Part shown: positions 27,933 through 37,327 of the stretch, in pieces
Numbering within the stretch: the stretch's first letter is position 1
How the letters are laid out: every line of letters begins with the position of its first letter
Assembly: GCA_964360585.1 (NCBI GenBank)
Contig: CAYHXC010000008.1
Coordinates: 8-64,007, forward strand
Source of the DNA: an uncultured Candidatus Saccharibacteria bacterium
GTDB lineage: Bacteria; Patescibacteriota; Minisyncoccia; UBA6257; 2-01-FULL-56-20
DNA: 64,000 nt
Direction of reading: 5' to 3'
The notes under the pieces: generated by a model
The model's database searches: none
Told to the model about the DNA's origin: nothing
Seen by the model: only the letters and a program-made list of their open reading frames with translations
Translations under genes and position numbers: made by a program

Positions 27933-30900
27933 TTAACCGCCGCTCCGTAGTTTCTCCACAAGGAGCATGAGAAGCTGAAGCAGTCTCGCTTGAAGATCGT
28001 GGAGAAGCGCTTCAAGTTGGGCGCGTGTCCGGATCGGCGTTGTTGTCTGCGGCGTTTTTCCGTACAGTTGATTTAACTTAAGTCGGGTGGCTGGTCCGGC
28101 TAAACCATAGCCAGTGGTGTTGGGGGTGCCACTCGTGACGAGGTTCTGTTTGGTCTGGAATCTCTGGACGGCTTGGATAGTGGCTTGGTCATAAATACCG
28201 GTCGGAGTTCCCGTGTAACTGCCATCATCTATCAGGTACTGCTGGAGGAGGGTGACTTGGGTGTTGACCATGCCCGGGGAGAAGGGACCGGTCAGAGCTT
28301 GCCTGGTGATTGTTGGGGATTGAGGGACTGTCGGCGTGGTTGGAGTAAGCGGTACTAAGGGTGGTGGAATGAAGGGTTGGCCGGGGATACCACCGGTGTT
28401 TCCTGAGGCTCCGGTGTTACCACTCACGGTTGTCTGACCTGCTACAGTAGTTGCCTGTCCTGTGGCCGGGCTACTGTAGTTTGCATTCTGGTCGTAGGAG
28501 TAGAGGGCGTAGAAGTAGGTGACACCATTCACGAGGTTGGTATCGGTAGTGGAAGTACCCGTACCATCGTAGATGGAGATGCCATCAGTTCTTGAAGTTG
28601 GGATACTTCCCTGTTTTCTCACAACCATGGTACGGACAAAATCTGGGTCAGTGGGGTTCACCCAACTCAGTGAGACTTGACGATCAGCGCCTTGAGTTAT
28701 CAGATTGCTTGGTGATCCTGGCGGAGTTGTATCTACCTGAGGCGTAGAAGTTGTTGTCGAGCTTGGCGTGACCGGAAGAGAAAGTGTCGTGAAACTGACG
28801 AGACTGGAAACAGGAGAGAGATTATTTGCATCATCACGTGAGGTAAGCGCAACGGAGTAGGTCGTATTGGGAATGAGGCCAACGAGGGTGTAGGTCTCGG
28901 CTTGTCCCGCCATCTGGGGAGTTGGTTCACCCGTGACTTGCGTCGCCGAGTTATAGCTGAAGGATCCTTGGGTGTACCGGAGATCGTAACTCAAGGCCTG
29001 GCCGAGCAAAAGATCATCCCCTGGCGCCGTCCAGGCAAGAACGGCTGAGGTTTGGGTCGTTGTGGTAACGCGGAGATCGGTTGTCTGACTGGGCGGCAAG
29101 GTATCCGGAATTACATTTATAAGTGTGGCTGCCAGTTGATTAGTAGAGAAACTGAGGTTGTTTGCGGCATCAGCCGATCGAAGTCGTATGTTATACGTAG
29201 TGCCATCCGAGAGATTCTGGAGAGTGACTGAGTGGCTGGTGGTAAGCGACGAGATGAAAGGTGATGACTGGCCATACGTAGTAGTGAGACCATAATCGAT
29301 TTGCGTGGTCGCTGGTTCATTGGTTGTCCAGCTGATCGTTATAGAACTCGTGGTGCCTGATGAAATAATTCCTGAGATCGTGGGCGGAATCGTATCAGGA
29401 AGAGGAATCGTTGAGGTGGTTGTGGTGAGTTTTTCCATAAAGTCTTCTGCAGACCAACCACTGACTCCAGAGTCCCAGTTCACGTTCCACCAGGTGAAGC
29501 CATTAGCAACTGTCGGGCCGCCGGTGACCGTACCCTGCTCATTGTTCTGAAGAAGAGCAAGAGACGTGCCCGAAGTTGATGGAGTTGAACGGACATTCAG
29601 GGGGCCGGAGGAAACATAGACTCTGTCATTTATCTGGAATTTAGCCGGACCGGCAACGTTCGAAACTGTAATCGTAACCGCGTTCGCCGTGGTTCGATTG
29701 CCAGCGGCATCGCGCGCCGTGGCCGTTACGCTGTGCGAGCCATTCACGGTTTGCGCGGTGTCCCAGGAAACAGAGTAAGGGGCAGTTGTATCTTCAGCTC
29801 CGAGATTCGCGCCATCGATAGCGAACTGAACTCCCGCGATGCCTATATTATCAGAGGCAGTAGCGGAAACAGTCGCTGAGCCGAAAAGTGTCGCGCCGGC
29901 GGCCGGAGCGGTCAGTGAAATAGTTGGCGGAACAGTGTCTGTTGTGGGCGTAGACGAGGTGATACTCACCGTGAGGGAAAGCGGACCCGAGACCGTACTC
30001 ATCGGCGTCGGCGTGACACCGTTAAAAGCCTTAGCCGTCCAAAGGTGCGTGCCATTTTGAGCCGCCGAGATATTCCAAGAATACTGATATGGCGCAACCG
30101 TATCAGTGCTGGCCAAAACCGCGCCGTCATAAAACTCCACTTTGCTTATTCCGCTTTCTGGATCGGAAGCCGTGGCCGTAATTATAACGGTCGAAGGAGT
30201 TGCGTATGGAACAGAACTCGAAGGCGCGGAGAGACTGACAATCGGCGGCGTCGAATCACTTCCACCATTCACCGTGTAGCAAAGAACGAGCTGGGTTGAT
30301 CTGTCGCCAGCATACGTTTGAGCGTCCCGGGGAACAAGCGGCGCGAGGTTATCTTCGTTTACTGCCGGCGGGGTGTTGTCGGTGAAGGTGAGTCGTAGGC
30401 CCGTATACCCGGAAAGATTTACATTTGACTGGATAGTGCTCAAGGCCACTGTCTGACGGCCGCTCGCTGTTGGTCTTACAATCGAAGCCGCAAACAGTGG
30501 ATCGGTTGAGTTCACTGAACCATTAGTCCAGTCGGCAGTGGACAGTCCCGCCGACGATGCCCACGGATGCCAGTCGAGAATCATTGACCGCGGTCCTCCG
30601 CCAGCTCCCGCCCAGTACGGCCGGAGATACCCGCCCAGAATTTGTGTGCCCTGAGGCCAAGCTGAACCATCCGGACGCACGGCCGTATTCCAACGCCACA
30701 ATGCCAGTTGTGTCACGTACGGCGAACTGCCCTGATTCTTGCGATTTACATAATCTATGTAATCAGCATAGTAACTAGTTTCGACGATTGGTGAGCCAAG
30801 ATTTGCATAGGTAGTGCCACTTCGCCTCACCGTTCCGTCATCGGCGCTCACCGCGATAGGATAGACGGCTTCCAACTGACCGGCGGGGCACGCGTTTGGA

Positions 30901-33900
30901 AGACTCGTTGGTGGTATGTATCGCGGGGCTGGCGGTATCGGCCATGACAACGGTGTAAATGGTGTGGCGTTTGTTCCTGGCGTATATTCGAAGGCGCCGA
31001 CATCAAGCGCTCCGTTTACCGGCCTCGTCATCGACTGCTTGTCATAGACGTACTGTTGGGTTGGCGTGAGATTATAGCCCCGCGCATCAGATCCCGGATC
31101 AACTCCTTGATCGATCACTGCCGTTGAATTCGCCGTCAAACGATAATCATACGCGCTTTGATTAAGAAGGCTTGGGCTAACCGTCACATTATTTGTCGTC
31201 ACTCGAGCGCCGCCGGCCGGCCAGTTGATGGTTGTTCCCAGCCCCAAGAAAATATTATTCTTGGCCCAAAGAAGCGGGGCCGAACCAAAACCGCGAATAA
31301 AGTTGGCTCCGGTAGCTCGTTCATTCACCAAAGTATTATTCACGACATAGAGCTCGTACGTGGTGGGAGCAGAAGTGGAGCAGGCTGACGAGCCCAGTTC
31401 CGCCGCGTACTTCACCACATCGCCACTATCGGCGTTCGATCCTTTTTGAATCACGTTACCAATGACATAGGTCAGTCCGCCACATGGCAGTTCTATCGGC
31501 ACGCTCGAACCACAGGTGCCAGGATCAGTGCAGTCGTTTATCACGCCATTCGATTCATCCATAAACCGGTTGTAGAGAATTTCATTCGTGCCGGCCCGGC
31601 TCTTCAGCTGATGCCCGACGATCGCGCCGCGACTGTAGTTATTGCGGAAAATGAGCTTGTCATTATTACGGTTCAGATACAGATTATGTGATTGACCGTC
31701 GCCCCAACCGTTTCTAAAGAATTCGGTATTTTCAATCAAGACGGTACCCACTGGCGACGATGTTATCGGCCCGCCTAAAATACCATTATCATTGTCGTGG
31801 AAATAGGAGTTGCGCACCGTGAGGCCCGCCGCTTGCAGACGGATGCCGGCATCATTATCGTCGCCCACCGCCACACCCGAACAGAAGGGATTGTTCAAAC
31901 GCGAAGTGGCACAGGCAAACTCAATAGTATCAACGGTTGTGTTATTGCCGTTCACGACCCAGATACCCTTCCAACTATCCGAACCCAGGCTGGTGGTGAG
32001 ATCGCCATTCGTAATGATCAGCTTCGGCCGGCCGCCTACGCCGCGCAGCGTAATATTCTGGGCGCTCGCCGGCCATCTGGCCAAGGCATATTCATTTTCA
32101 TAGGTCGCGGCATCAATATACACACAGTCATTTGACTGAACGACTGCCGCCGCCTGGCTGATCTTGGTAAACGTTCGCGTCGGACCAACCTGCCGAATCG
32201 TACCGGCACAAGCGCCAATCGGCGGCACATAGATTTCCAGATTTTGTTCTACGCCCCAACCATCCACTCCCGAATCATAATCCACATTCCACCAGGTGAA
32301 ACCATCCGCCACCGTCGGTCCGCCGATAACGGTGCCAACTGCATTCACCGCCTGTGTCCCCAGGACTGTTCCCGAAAGCGAAGCAGTTGATCGGACACTG
32401 AGCGGTCCGACTGAAACATACACTCGGTTGCCCGTCTGAAACTTTGAGGGCGGCGTTACCACATTCGAAACCGTTACAGAAACTGGAGTAGATAGCGCCG
32501 AATTTCCAGCCGCGTCGCGCGCTCGGGCGGAGAGCGCGTGGCTACCGTTCGCTGATTGAGCTGTATTCCAGGAGATACTATAGGGACTGGTCGTGTCTTC
32601 GACTCCAAGATTCGCGCCGTTCAACAAAAACTGCACGCCCACGACACCGACATTATCTGAAGCGTTCGCGGAAACGGTTACTGTTCCGGAAAGCGTCGCG
32701 CCGGCGGTCGGAGCGGTTAGGGACGTGGTCGGCGAGGTTGTGTCCGCGATTGTATCGTTATCATTAATCGTAACGGTGAGCGTAGATGGATTGCCCAACG
32801 TGGCGCCGCCCGTGGGGCTACTCAAGCTAAGCGAAAAAGTCTCGGTGGTTTCAATTGTCGTGTCGTTCAGAATAGGAATGGTTACTTGTTTGGCTGTGAC
32901 ATCGCCGTCAGCAAAAGTTACCGTGCCGGCTTGAGTCGTATAATCCGATCCGGCTAACGCCGTGCCGTTCGTCGTCGAGTAACTGACACTGACCGCGCCT
33001 TGAGAGCCACCGTAACGATTGATGGTGGAAATGGCCGCAGTCGCGCCTTCGGAAACTGTGGTCGCGCTCGCCCCCAACTGCACTGTTCCCGGAGAAGGGG
33101 CAGAAGGAGAGAGTTTAAATGCCCAGGTTTCAACATCGCCCGAACCAATACCACCAGTGCCGCCGGCTCCACCTCCTCGCGTAAGCACGAAGTAAAATTG
33201 TTGGTAAATTAAATCGTACCAGAGCTGAGCATAGCTTAATTCAAATTTATAAAAAGGTGGTTTGATTCCTCCCGCTGGCCCGACGTTCGCCCAAACGCCA
33301 GCGCTATCTAACGTCCACAATTCAAACTTTCCGATGGTCGTATTCGGAACGGCAATAAGAAACTGCTGGCTCTGTGGATCGTATGCCAATGACGCGCCAT
33401 TTCGAGCCACTTCCGAAGGAACAGTTAACTTTGTTGACCATGTTTTCGCGCGGGCATTGTAAAACCAGTAACCGGCGGATGGAAAATATACTAGATGCAA
33501 TTTTCTTACCGAATCATAGGCGGTGTAAATCTCACTCCAATTCCCTGGATAGTCGCTCGGATAGTTCACCTCTTGAACCCAGGCTCCGGTCGTGTAGTTA
33601 AAACTATAAACCTTTCTCACGCTAGATCCGAGAAAAAGCAGAACCGACCCATTGCCATCGCCGTCGGGATCGACATCAGGATCATACGCTAAAGATTTAT
33701 TGCTGACATCAGCCCCTGGCAATGTTCCGCCAACAAGCCGCGTCCACGCTTTTGTGCTAACTTTATACGAATACAGTCCGGCGTCATCATACATCATGAA
33801 TATGTCCCTATCGGGATCGTACACCTGCTTCTGGAATGTATGGGTCGTCCACGGCTTGCCCGTGGGAGAAGCGGTGATCGGATCAGCGCCATTCAAGACG

Positions 33901-35675
33901 TTGCACGCGCCCGCTTCAAGAGATCCTGCCACGCACGTGTTCGGAACGCCATTCCCCCCGCAACAGGCGGGTAAACATTCCGGAGCATATTGCTGTGTCC
34001 AGCGATTCGTCCGCACATCAAATAACTCAACATCATTTCCTGGATGAGACCCGTGTCCGCCGCCGAAATTAAAGAGATAACCGTTGCCATAGGCCACACC
34101 TGAAAATGCCCTGCCGACCGGATGACTAAGCGATATTTGCTGTGTGGGAGTGCATTGATTAAAACTTGCGCCATAATACCTCATCACCGCTGATCCGGTA
34201 TTCAGTTTCACCCAGGTGTTCGGTGTGATGGCGCCTGGCGGAGTTGAAGTTGGTGTAACCACAACCGCCTGTGTCGTCGCGCTCACACTCCCCGATTGAG
34301 CAGAATTATTTCCGGCGGCGTCGGTGGCTTGGACAGTGTAGGAATACGTCGTCGCGGCAGTGAGTCCGAGATCCTGGTATGAGTTTGAGGGAGCCGTGGC
34401 AAGTTGGATGCCATTCCGATACACACGATAACCGGTCACACCCACATTATCCGTGGAAGCAGTCCAAGAAAGATTAATCTGCGAGGTGGAAACCGGCGTA
34501 GCGGAAAGATTAGCGGGCGTTGTTGGAGCTTGCGTGTCTACTGTTGGAGTTGACGCTACCGAAAAAGAAATGGTCGTGTCGTTCGTCGTTACGTTACCGG
34601 CGGTGTCTTGACAGCGGACGTAGTAGAAGTAGGAAGAACCGGCGGCAAGACCAGAAACTGTGGCGGTGTGCGATTGGGAACCGCCGCCAGTCATAACGCT
34701 CGCGATACTCGCGTACACAACATTGGGAGTTGTTCCGTACCTACAGGTCGCTGGCTCATTCGTTGCCACTCCAAGATTTGTCTGGGTTGTACCGAAAATA
34801 AGTTGGCCGCCGGGCGTGGGGTTAGTAACCGAGGGAGGCGTGGTGTCGGCAACAGGAACACCGCCGCCAAAGGCATACAGAGATTGAATCTCACTCAAAG
34901 ACAATGATCGATTATAAATTCTCACATCATCAACGAAACCATTTACTTGACCACCTCCTCCAGGCCGACGACCGATATTTGGCCCCACTCCATTGTCAGT
35001 CAGGACGGGCGAAGCAGAGAGTGATCCATCAACCACGCCGTTCGTATAAATCGTTAGTGTGTTGCCATTATACGTACCAGAGATATGATGCCAGGTATTT
35101 ATTGAAAGCGTTGTGTTGCCGCTCACCACACTCGAACCTGCTCGAAATGAAACTTTGCCATTACTACCAACGGCCAAGAAATATGTTATCGTTCCGCCAT
35201 TATCACGATCAATCACCCGGTGAACAATCGTATTACTGCGTACATTGACCCACGCCGAAAGGGTAACTGTCTGTGGATTGAGAACGGTATTATTCGGAAT
35301 GGAAACATAATCATCCACGCCATCAAGGTTCAAAGCTCCGCCAATTCTCCCACTGGACCAAAGAGGGGTATTGATCAGCGCTCCGGTATTTCCATTTCCG
35401 GAACTATCACTCGCTGTCGTTCCCGATCCCTCATCAAAATTCCAGTAGCCAACTAAACCGCTCGTGGGTGCGACTTGGGCTAGTTGGCTTCCTCCCGGAA
35501 CTCGGGCAAAAAGCGACTGGATCAGTTGAGCAATAGATTGCAGTTGACTAAAAATGCCGGAGAGGTTTCCGGAAACTGATGTCTGGCCAAGTACCGGAAG
35601 CGGCGCAACAAAAACACTCGTCATCAGGACGAGAGTGACAAACATTCTCCGCTTTTTAAAGTTACTTCTCGACAT
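27933..35675 (-). CDS. giant (2580 aa) multidomain cell-surface protein with C-terminal peptidoglycan-binding domain
   Basis: Signal peptide; Con A/LamG-like domain (DDVRIYNRSLS); FN3 repeats; beta-propeller-like region; Calx-beta-like segment; right-handed beta-helix repeats (NSYFHDNDNGILGG); a duplicated Ig+SH3-like module; C-terminal PG_binding_1-like domain. Confidence 0.85.
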   Translation of the reverse strand: MSRSNFKKRRMFVTLVLMTSVFVAPLPVLGQTSVSGNLSGIFSQLQSIAQLIQSLFARVPGGSQLAQVAPTSGLVGYWNFDEGSGTTASDSSGNGNTGALINTPLWSSGRIGGALNLDGVDDYVSIPNNTVLNPQTVTLSAWVNVRSNTIVHRVIDRDNGGTITYFLAVGSNGKVSFRAGSSVVSGNTTLSINTWHHISGTYNGNTLTIYTNGVVDGSLSASPVLTDNGVGPNIGRRPGGGGQVNGFVDDVRIYNRSLSLSEIQSLYAFGGGVPVADTTPPSVTNPTPGGQLIFGTTQTNLGVATNEPATCRYGTTPNVVYASIASVMTGGGSQSHTATVSGLAAGSSYFYYVRCQDTAGNVTTNDTTISFSVASTPTVDTQAPTTPANLSATPVSTSQINLSWTASTDNVGVTGYRVYRNGIQLATAPSNSYQDLGLTAATTYSYTVQATDAAGNNSAQSGSVSATTQAVVVTPTSTPPGAITPNTWVKLNTGSAVMRYYGASFNQCTPTQQISLSHPVGRAFSGVAYGNGYLFNFGGGHGSHPGNDVELFDVRTNRWTQQYAPECLPACCGGNGVPNTCVAGSLEAGACNVLNGADPITASPTGKPWTTHTFQKQVYDPDRDIFMMYDDAGLYSYKVSTKAWTRLVGGTLPGADVSNKSLAYDPDVDPDGDGNGSVLLFLGSSVRKVYSFNYTTGAWVQEVNYPSDYPGNWSEIYTAYDSVRKLHLVYFPSAGYWFYNARAKTWSTKLTVPSEVARNGASLAYDPQSQQFLIAVPNTTIGKFELWTLDSAGVWANVGPAGGIKPPFYKFELSYAQLWYDLIYQQFYFVLTRGGGAGGTGGIGSGDVETWAFKLSPSAPSPGTVQLGASATTVSEGATAAISTINRYGGSQGAVSVSYSTTNGTALAGSDYTTQAGTVTFADGDVTAKQVTIPILNDTTIETTETFSLSLSSPTGGATLGNPSTLTVTINDNDTIADTTSPTTSLTAPTAGATLSGTVTVSANASDNVGVVGVQFLLNGANLGVEDTTSPYSISWNTAQSANGSHALSARARDAAGNSALSTPVSVTVSNVVTPPSKFQTGNRVYVSVGPLSVRSTASLSGTVLGTQAVNAVGTVIGGPTVADGFTWWNVDYDSGVDGWGVEQNLEIYVPPIGACAGTIRQVGPTRTFTKISQAAAVVQSNDCVYIDAATYENEYALARWPASAQNITLRGVGGRPKLIITNGDLTTSLGSDSWKGIWVVNGNNTTVDTIEFACATSRLNNPFCSGVAVGDDNDAGIRLQAAGLTVRNSYFHDNDNGILGGPITSSPVGTVLIENTEFFRNGWGDGQSHNLYLNRNNDKLIFRNNYSRGAIVGHQLKSRAGTNEILYNRFMDESNGVINDCTDPGTCGSSVPIELPCGGLTYVIGNVIQKGSNADSGDVVKYAAELGSSACSTSAPTTYELYVVNNTLVNERATGANFIRGFGSAPLLWAKNNIFLGLGTTINWPAGGARVTTNNVTVSPSLLNQSAYDYRLTANSTAVIDQGVDPGSDARGYNLTPTQQYVYDKQSMTRPVNGALDVGAFEYTPGTNATPFTPLSWPIPPAPRYIPPTSLPNACPAGQLEAVYPIAVSADDGTVRRSGTTYANLGSPIVETSYYADYIDYVNRKNQGSSPYVTQLALWRWNTAVRPDGSAWPQGTQILGGYLRPYWAGAGGGPRSMILDWHPWASSAGLSTADWTNGSVNSTDPLFAASIVRPTASGRQTVALSTIQSNVNLSGYTGLRLTFTDNTPPAVNEDNLAPLVPRDAQTYAGDRSTQLVLCYTVNGGSDSTPPIVSLSAPSSSVPYATPSTVIITATASDPESGISKVEFYDGAVLASTDTVAPYQYSWNISAAQNGTHLWTAKAFNGVTPTPMSTVSGPLSLTVSITSSTPTTDTVPPTISLTAPAAGATLFGSATVSATASDNIGIAGVQFAIDGANLGAEDTTAPYSVSWDTAQTVNGSHSVTATARDAAGNRTTANAVTITVSNVAGPAKFQINDRVYVSSGPLNVRSTPSTSGTSLALLQNNEQGTVTGGPTVANGFTWWNVNWDSGVSGWSAEDFMEKLTTTTSTIPLPDTIPPTISGIISSGTTSSITISWTTNEPATTQIDYGLTTTYGQSSPFISSLTTSHSVTLQNLSDGTTYNIRLRSADAANNLSFSTNQLAATLINVIPDTLPPSQTTDLRVTTTTQTSAVLAWTAPGDDLLLGQALSYDLRYTQGSFSYNSATQVTGEPTPQMAGQAETYTLVGLIPNTTYSVALTSRDDANNLSPVSSLVSFTTLSLPVTPSSTTTSTPQVDTTPPGSPSNLITQGADRQVSLSWVNPTDPDFVRTMVVRKQGSIPTSRTDGISIYDGTGTSTTDTNLVNGVTYFYALYSYDQNANYSSPATGQATTVAGQTTVSGNTGASGNTGGIPGQPFIPPPLVPLTPTTPTVPQSPTITRQALTGPFSPGMVNTQVTLLQQYLIDDGSYTGTPTGIYDQATIQAVQRFQTKQNLVTSGTPNTTGYGLAGPATRLKLNQLYGKTPQTTTPIRTRAQLEALLHDLQARLLQLLMLLVEKLRSGG
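29448..29942 (-). repeat. intragenic duplicated module 2 (Ig-like + SH3-like, ~165 aa) within the giant gene
   Basis: aa 1912-2076 are ~60% identical to aa 976-1144; the antisense shadow ORFs at 29839 and 32593 are also similar to each other. Confidence 0.7.
32244..32750 (-). repeat. intragenic duplicated module 1 (Ig-like + SH3-like)
   Basis: See module 2. Confidence 0.7.
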
Positions 35676-35726
35676 CTATCGACACCTTAATTTTACTCTA
35701 CTACTACTCAACCGCAAGGGGGAAAA

Positions 35727-35894
35727 CTAGAATCCATCTCAAAAATAGGCACAGGGGTATTCCGTGATAGATTCGAGCGAGAACCATCCGACCCGAGACA
35801 GGAATACCCTATGGTATTTCAAGGAGGGTCGGGTGGGTTTATAGCCGAATCTAGCCGGAAGACTGCGTGATTCTATTTTTGAGATGGGTTCTAG
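35727..35894. mobile_element. MITE-like element, copy B; reverse complement of copy A with one mismatch
   Basis: 168/168 bp alignment to the reverse complement of 19175-19342 with 1 substitution; lies 52 bp upstream of the giant gene start codon. Confidence 0.7.
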
Positions 35895-35925
35895 CTATTC
35901 ATAAATAAACCTCCACGGCCTAACG

Positions 35926-35962
35926 CCCATGGTTTTGACAGGGAACTTTGGCATATAAAAAA
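35926..35962 (+). repeat. hairpin + TTTGGCATATAAAAA motif, copy 2
   Basis: cccatggttttgacagggaactttggcatataaaaaa. Confidence 0.45.
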
Positions 35963-36434
35963 GCCACCCTTTCATTAGGTGGCCGGAGTCTTTCTCGACA
36001 GGAATTGTCGAATGCGACAGGTCAATATGTCTCCGAAACTTCGGCTATGACTATTTCCGTTCAGCTGTGGCGGTAGGTTGTCCCAACCGCGCAGGTCACT
36101 GTCCATTCGCCAAACAATGATCTGTTCAGCCTGGGCGATTCGTTCAAGATCGTCGTGGTTTCGCTTCTCCTGTCTAAGGAGCGCTCGGTATTCAGCGACA
36201 ACCTCTTTGGTCGGCATTCCGCGAAACTTATTTGCAAGAGCGTTTCTTGGCATTCTTCTTTTCCTTTTGTTTCAACCGCTCTTCGGAATCAGGAGCGGAA
36301 TCAGGATTCGGAAAATCTCCCCATGGATCACCGCATATCATGTGTTCTCACCGAATCTGTGAACTATAAAAAATGTACATCCACGAAACCCAATCGTCAA
36401 TAGTTTCGAGGAGCAAAGAAAAAGCCGATCGCGA

Positions 36435-36677
36435 TCAGCGATGGCTAAGGTCTGTTTCCGGGCCTTCGGGAAGAGCATCTGTTGGATAGCATTTGGAAGT
36501 TGAAGCCTTCCCTTTGCTGGCCTGCTGTGCCCATGTTGCTCCCTCGGTGCAATTTTCTTCTGTGGCGAATAGCTGAGAGGAGGTAAAAACGCTTGGAGCC
36601 ATTGTTCCTCCTTCTCCCACAAACATGAAAAACCAGCCCACAAGCACTGCCGCGTGTAGCAATTGTTTCATAGCCAC
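36435..36677 (-). CDS. possible small secreted protein (80 aa)
   Basis: N-terminal signal-peptide-like segment; weak support. Confidence 0.3.
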   Translation of the reverse strand: MAMKQLLHAAVLVGWFFMFVGEGGTMAPSVFTSSQLFATEENCTEGATWAQQASKGKASTSKCYPTDALPEGPETDLSHR

Positions 36678-36751
36678 CCCCGCCTGTGATCTGATTCCAG
36701 TATAGCACTTTCGACATGAAAATTTTCAGCGAGGAATGATACACTATTTTC

Positions 36752-37207
36752 ATGGCCAATGAGGAGTATAGGGTCTTATCAGTTGAAGACGACGAGTTCA
36801 TTACTCTTTTTCTGACCGATGTGATGTGGATTTTTGGCACAGCGGATAATATCAAGCTGATAAACGCAGCCACAACTGAAAAAGCGATGGAGATTGTGAA
36901 AAATCCAGTCCAAAAACCGCAGCTCATCTTGCTCGACCTAGCCTTGCCGGAAAAAACCGGAGACCCATCCGATCCGGAGCACGGCTTTCGATTTTTGGAA
37001 CTTTTGAAAACTGACCCGGCACTCATAGATATAAAAGTGTTAGTTTTTGCCGGATCAACTGATCCTCAGTACAAAAAACGAGCACTGCGTTTGGGAGCGG
37101 ATAAATTTTTAGTGAAGGGTGACTATTTACCCAAGGAGCTGATCGAGGTGGTCAGAGAAGCTTTATATATAACCCCCGCTTCCTCCGCGTTTCCTCCACA
37201 GGGTTAA
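36752..37207 (+). CDS. stand-alone response regulator receiver (CheY-like)
   Basis: Acidic pocket VEDDEF and phospho-acceptor region LILLDLALP; 151 aa. Confidence 0.7.
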   Translation: MANEEYRVLSVEDDEFITLFLTDVMWIFGTADNIKLINAATTEKAMEIVKNPVQKPQLILLDLALPEKTGDPSDPEHGFRFLELLKTDPALIDIKVLVFAGSTDPQYKKRALRLGADKFLVKGDYLPKELIEVVREALYITPASSAFPPQG

Positions 37208-37327
37208 CATTTACAGTTGGAGTTTTTTAGGTCTCATTCCGGCCCAGGTTTCCCTTGCGTCCTTGTTTTGATTAATTACTAGAAACTCGTATACTACGGG
37301 AAGCAATTTCACACGGGGAGGAACTGA

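Noticed and set aside
25788-35962. Integrated mobile element delimited by the ~40-bp direct repeats
   Set aside because: No integrase, recombinase, excisionase or transfer genes between the repeats; kept only as an open observation.
36445-37026. 193-aa minus-strand ORF
   Set aside because: Overlaps the well-supported response-regulator gene on the opposite strand and has low-complexity, Ser/Arg-rich composition.
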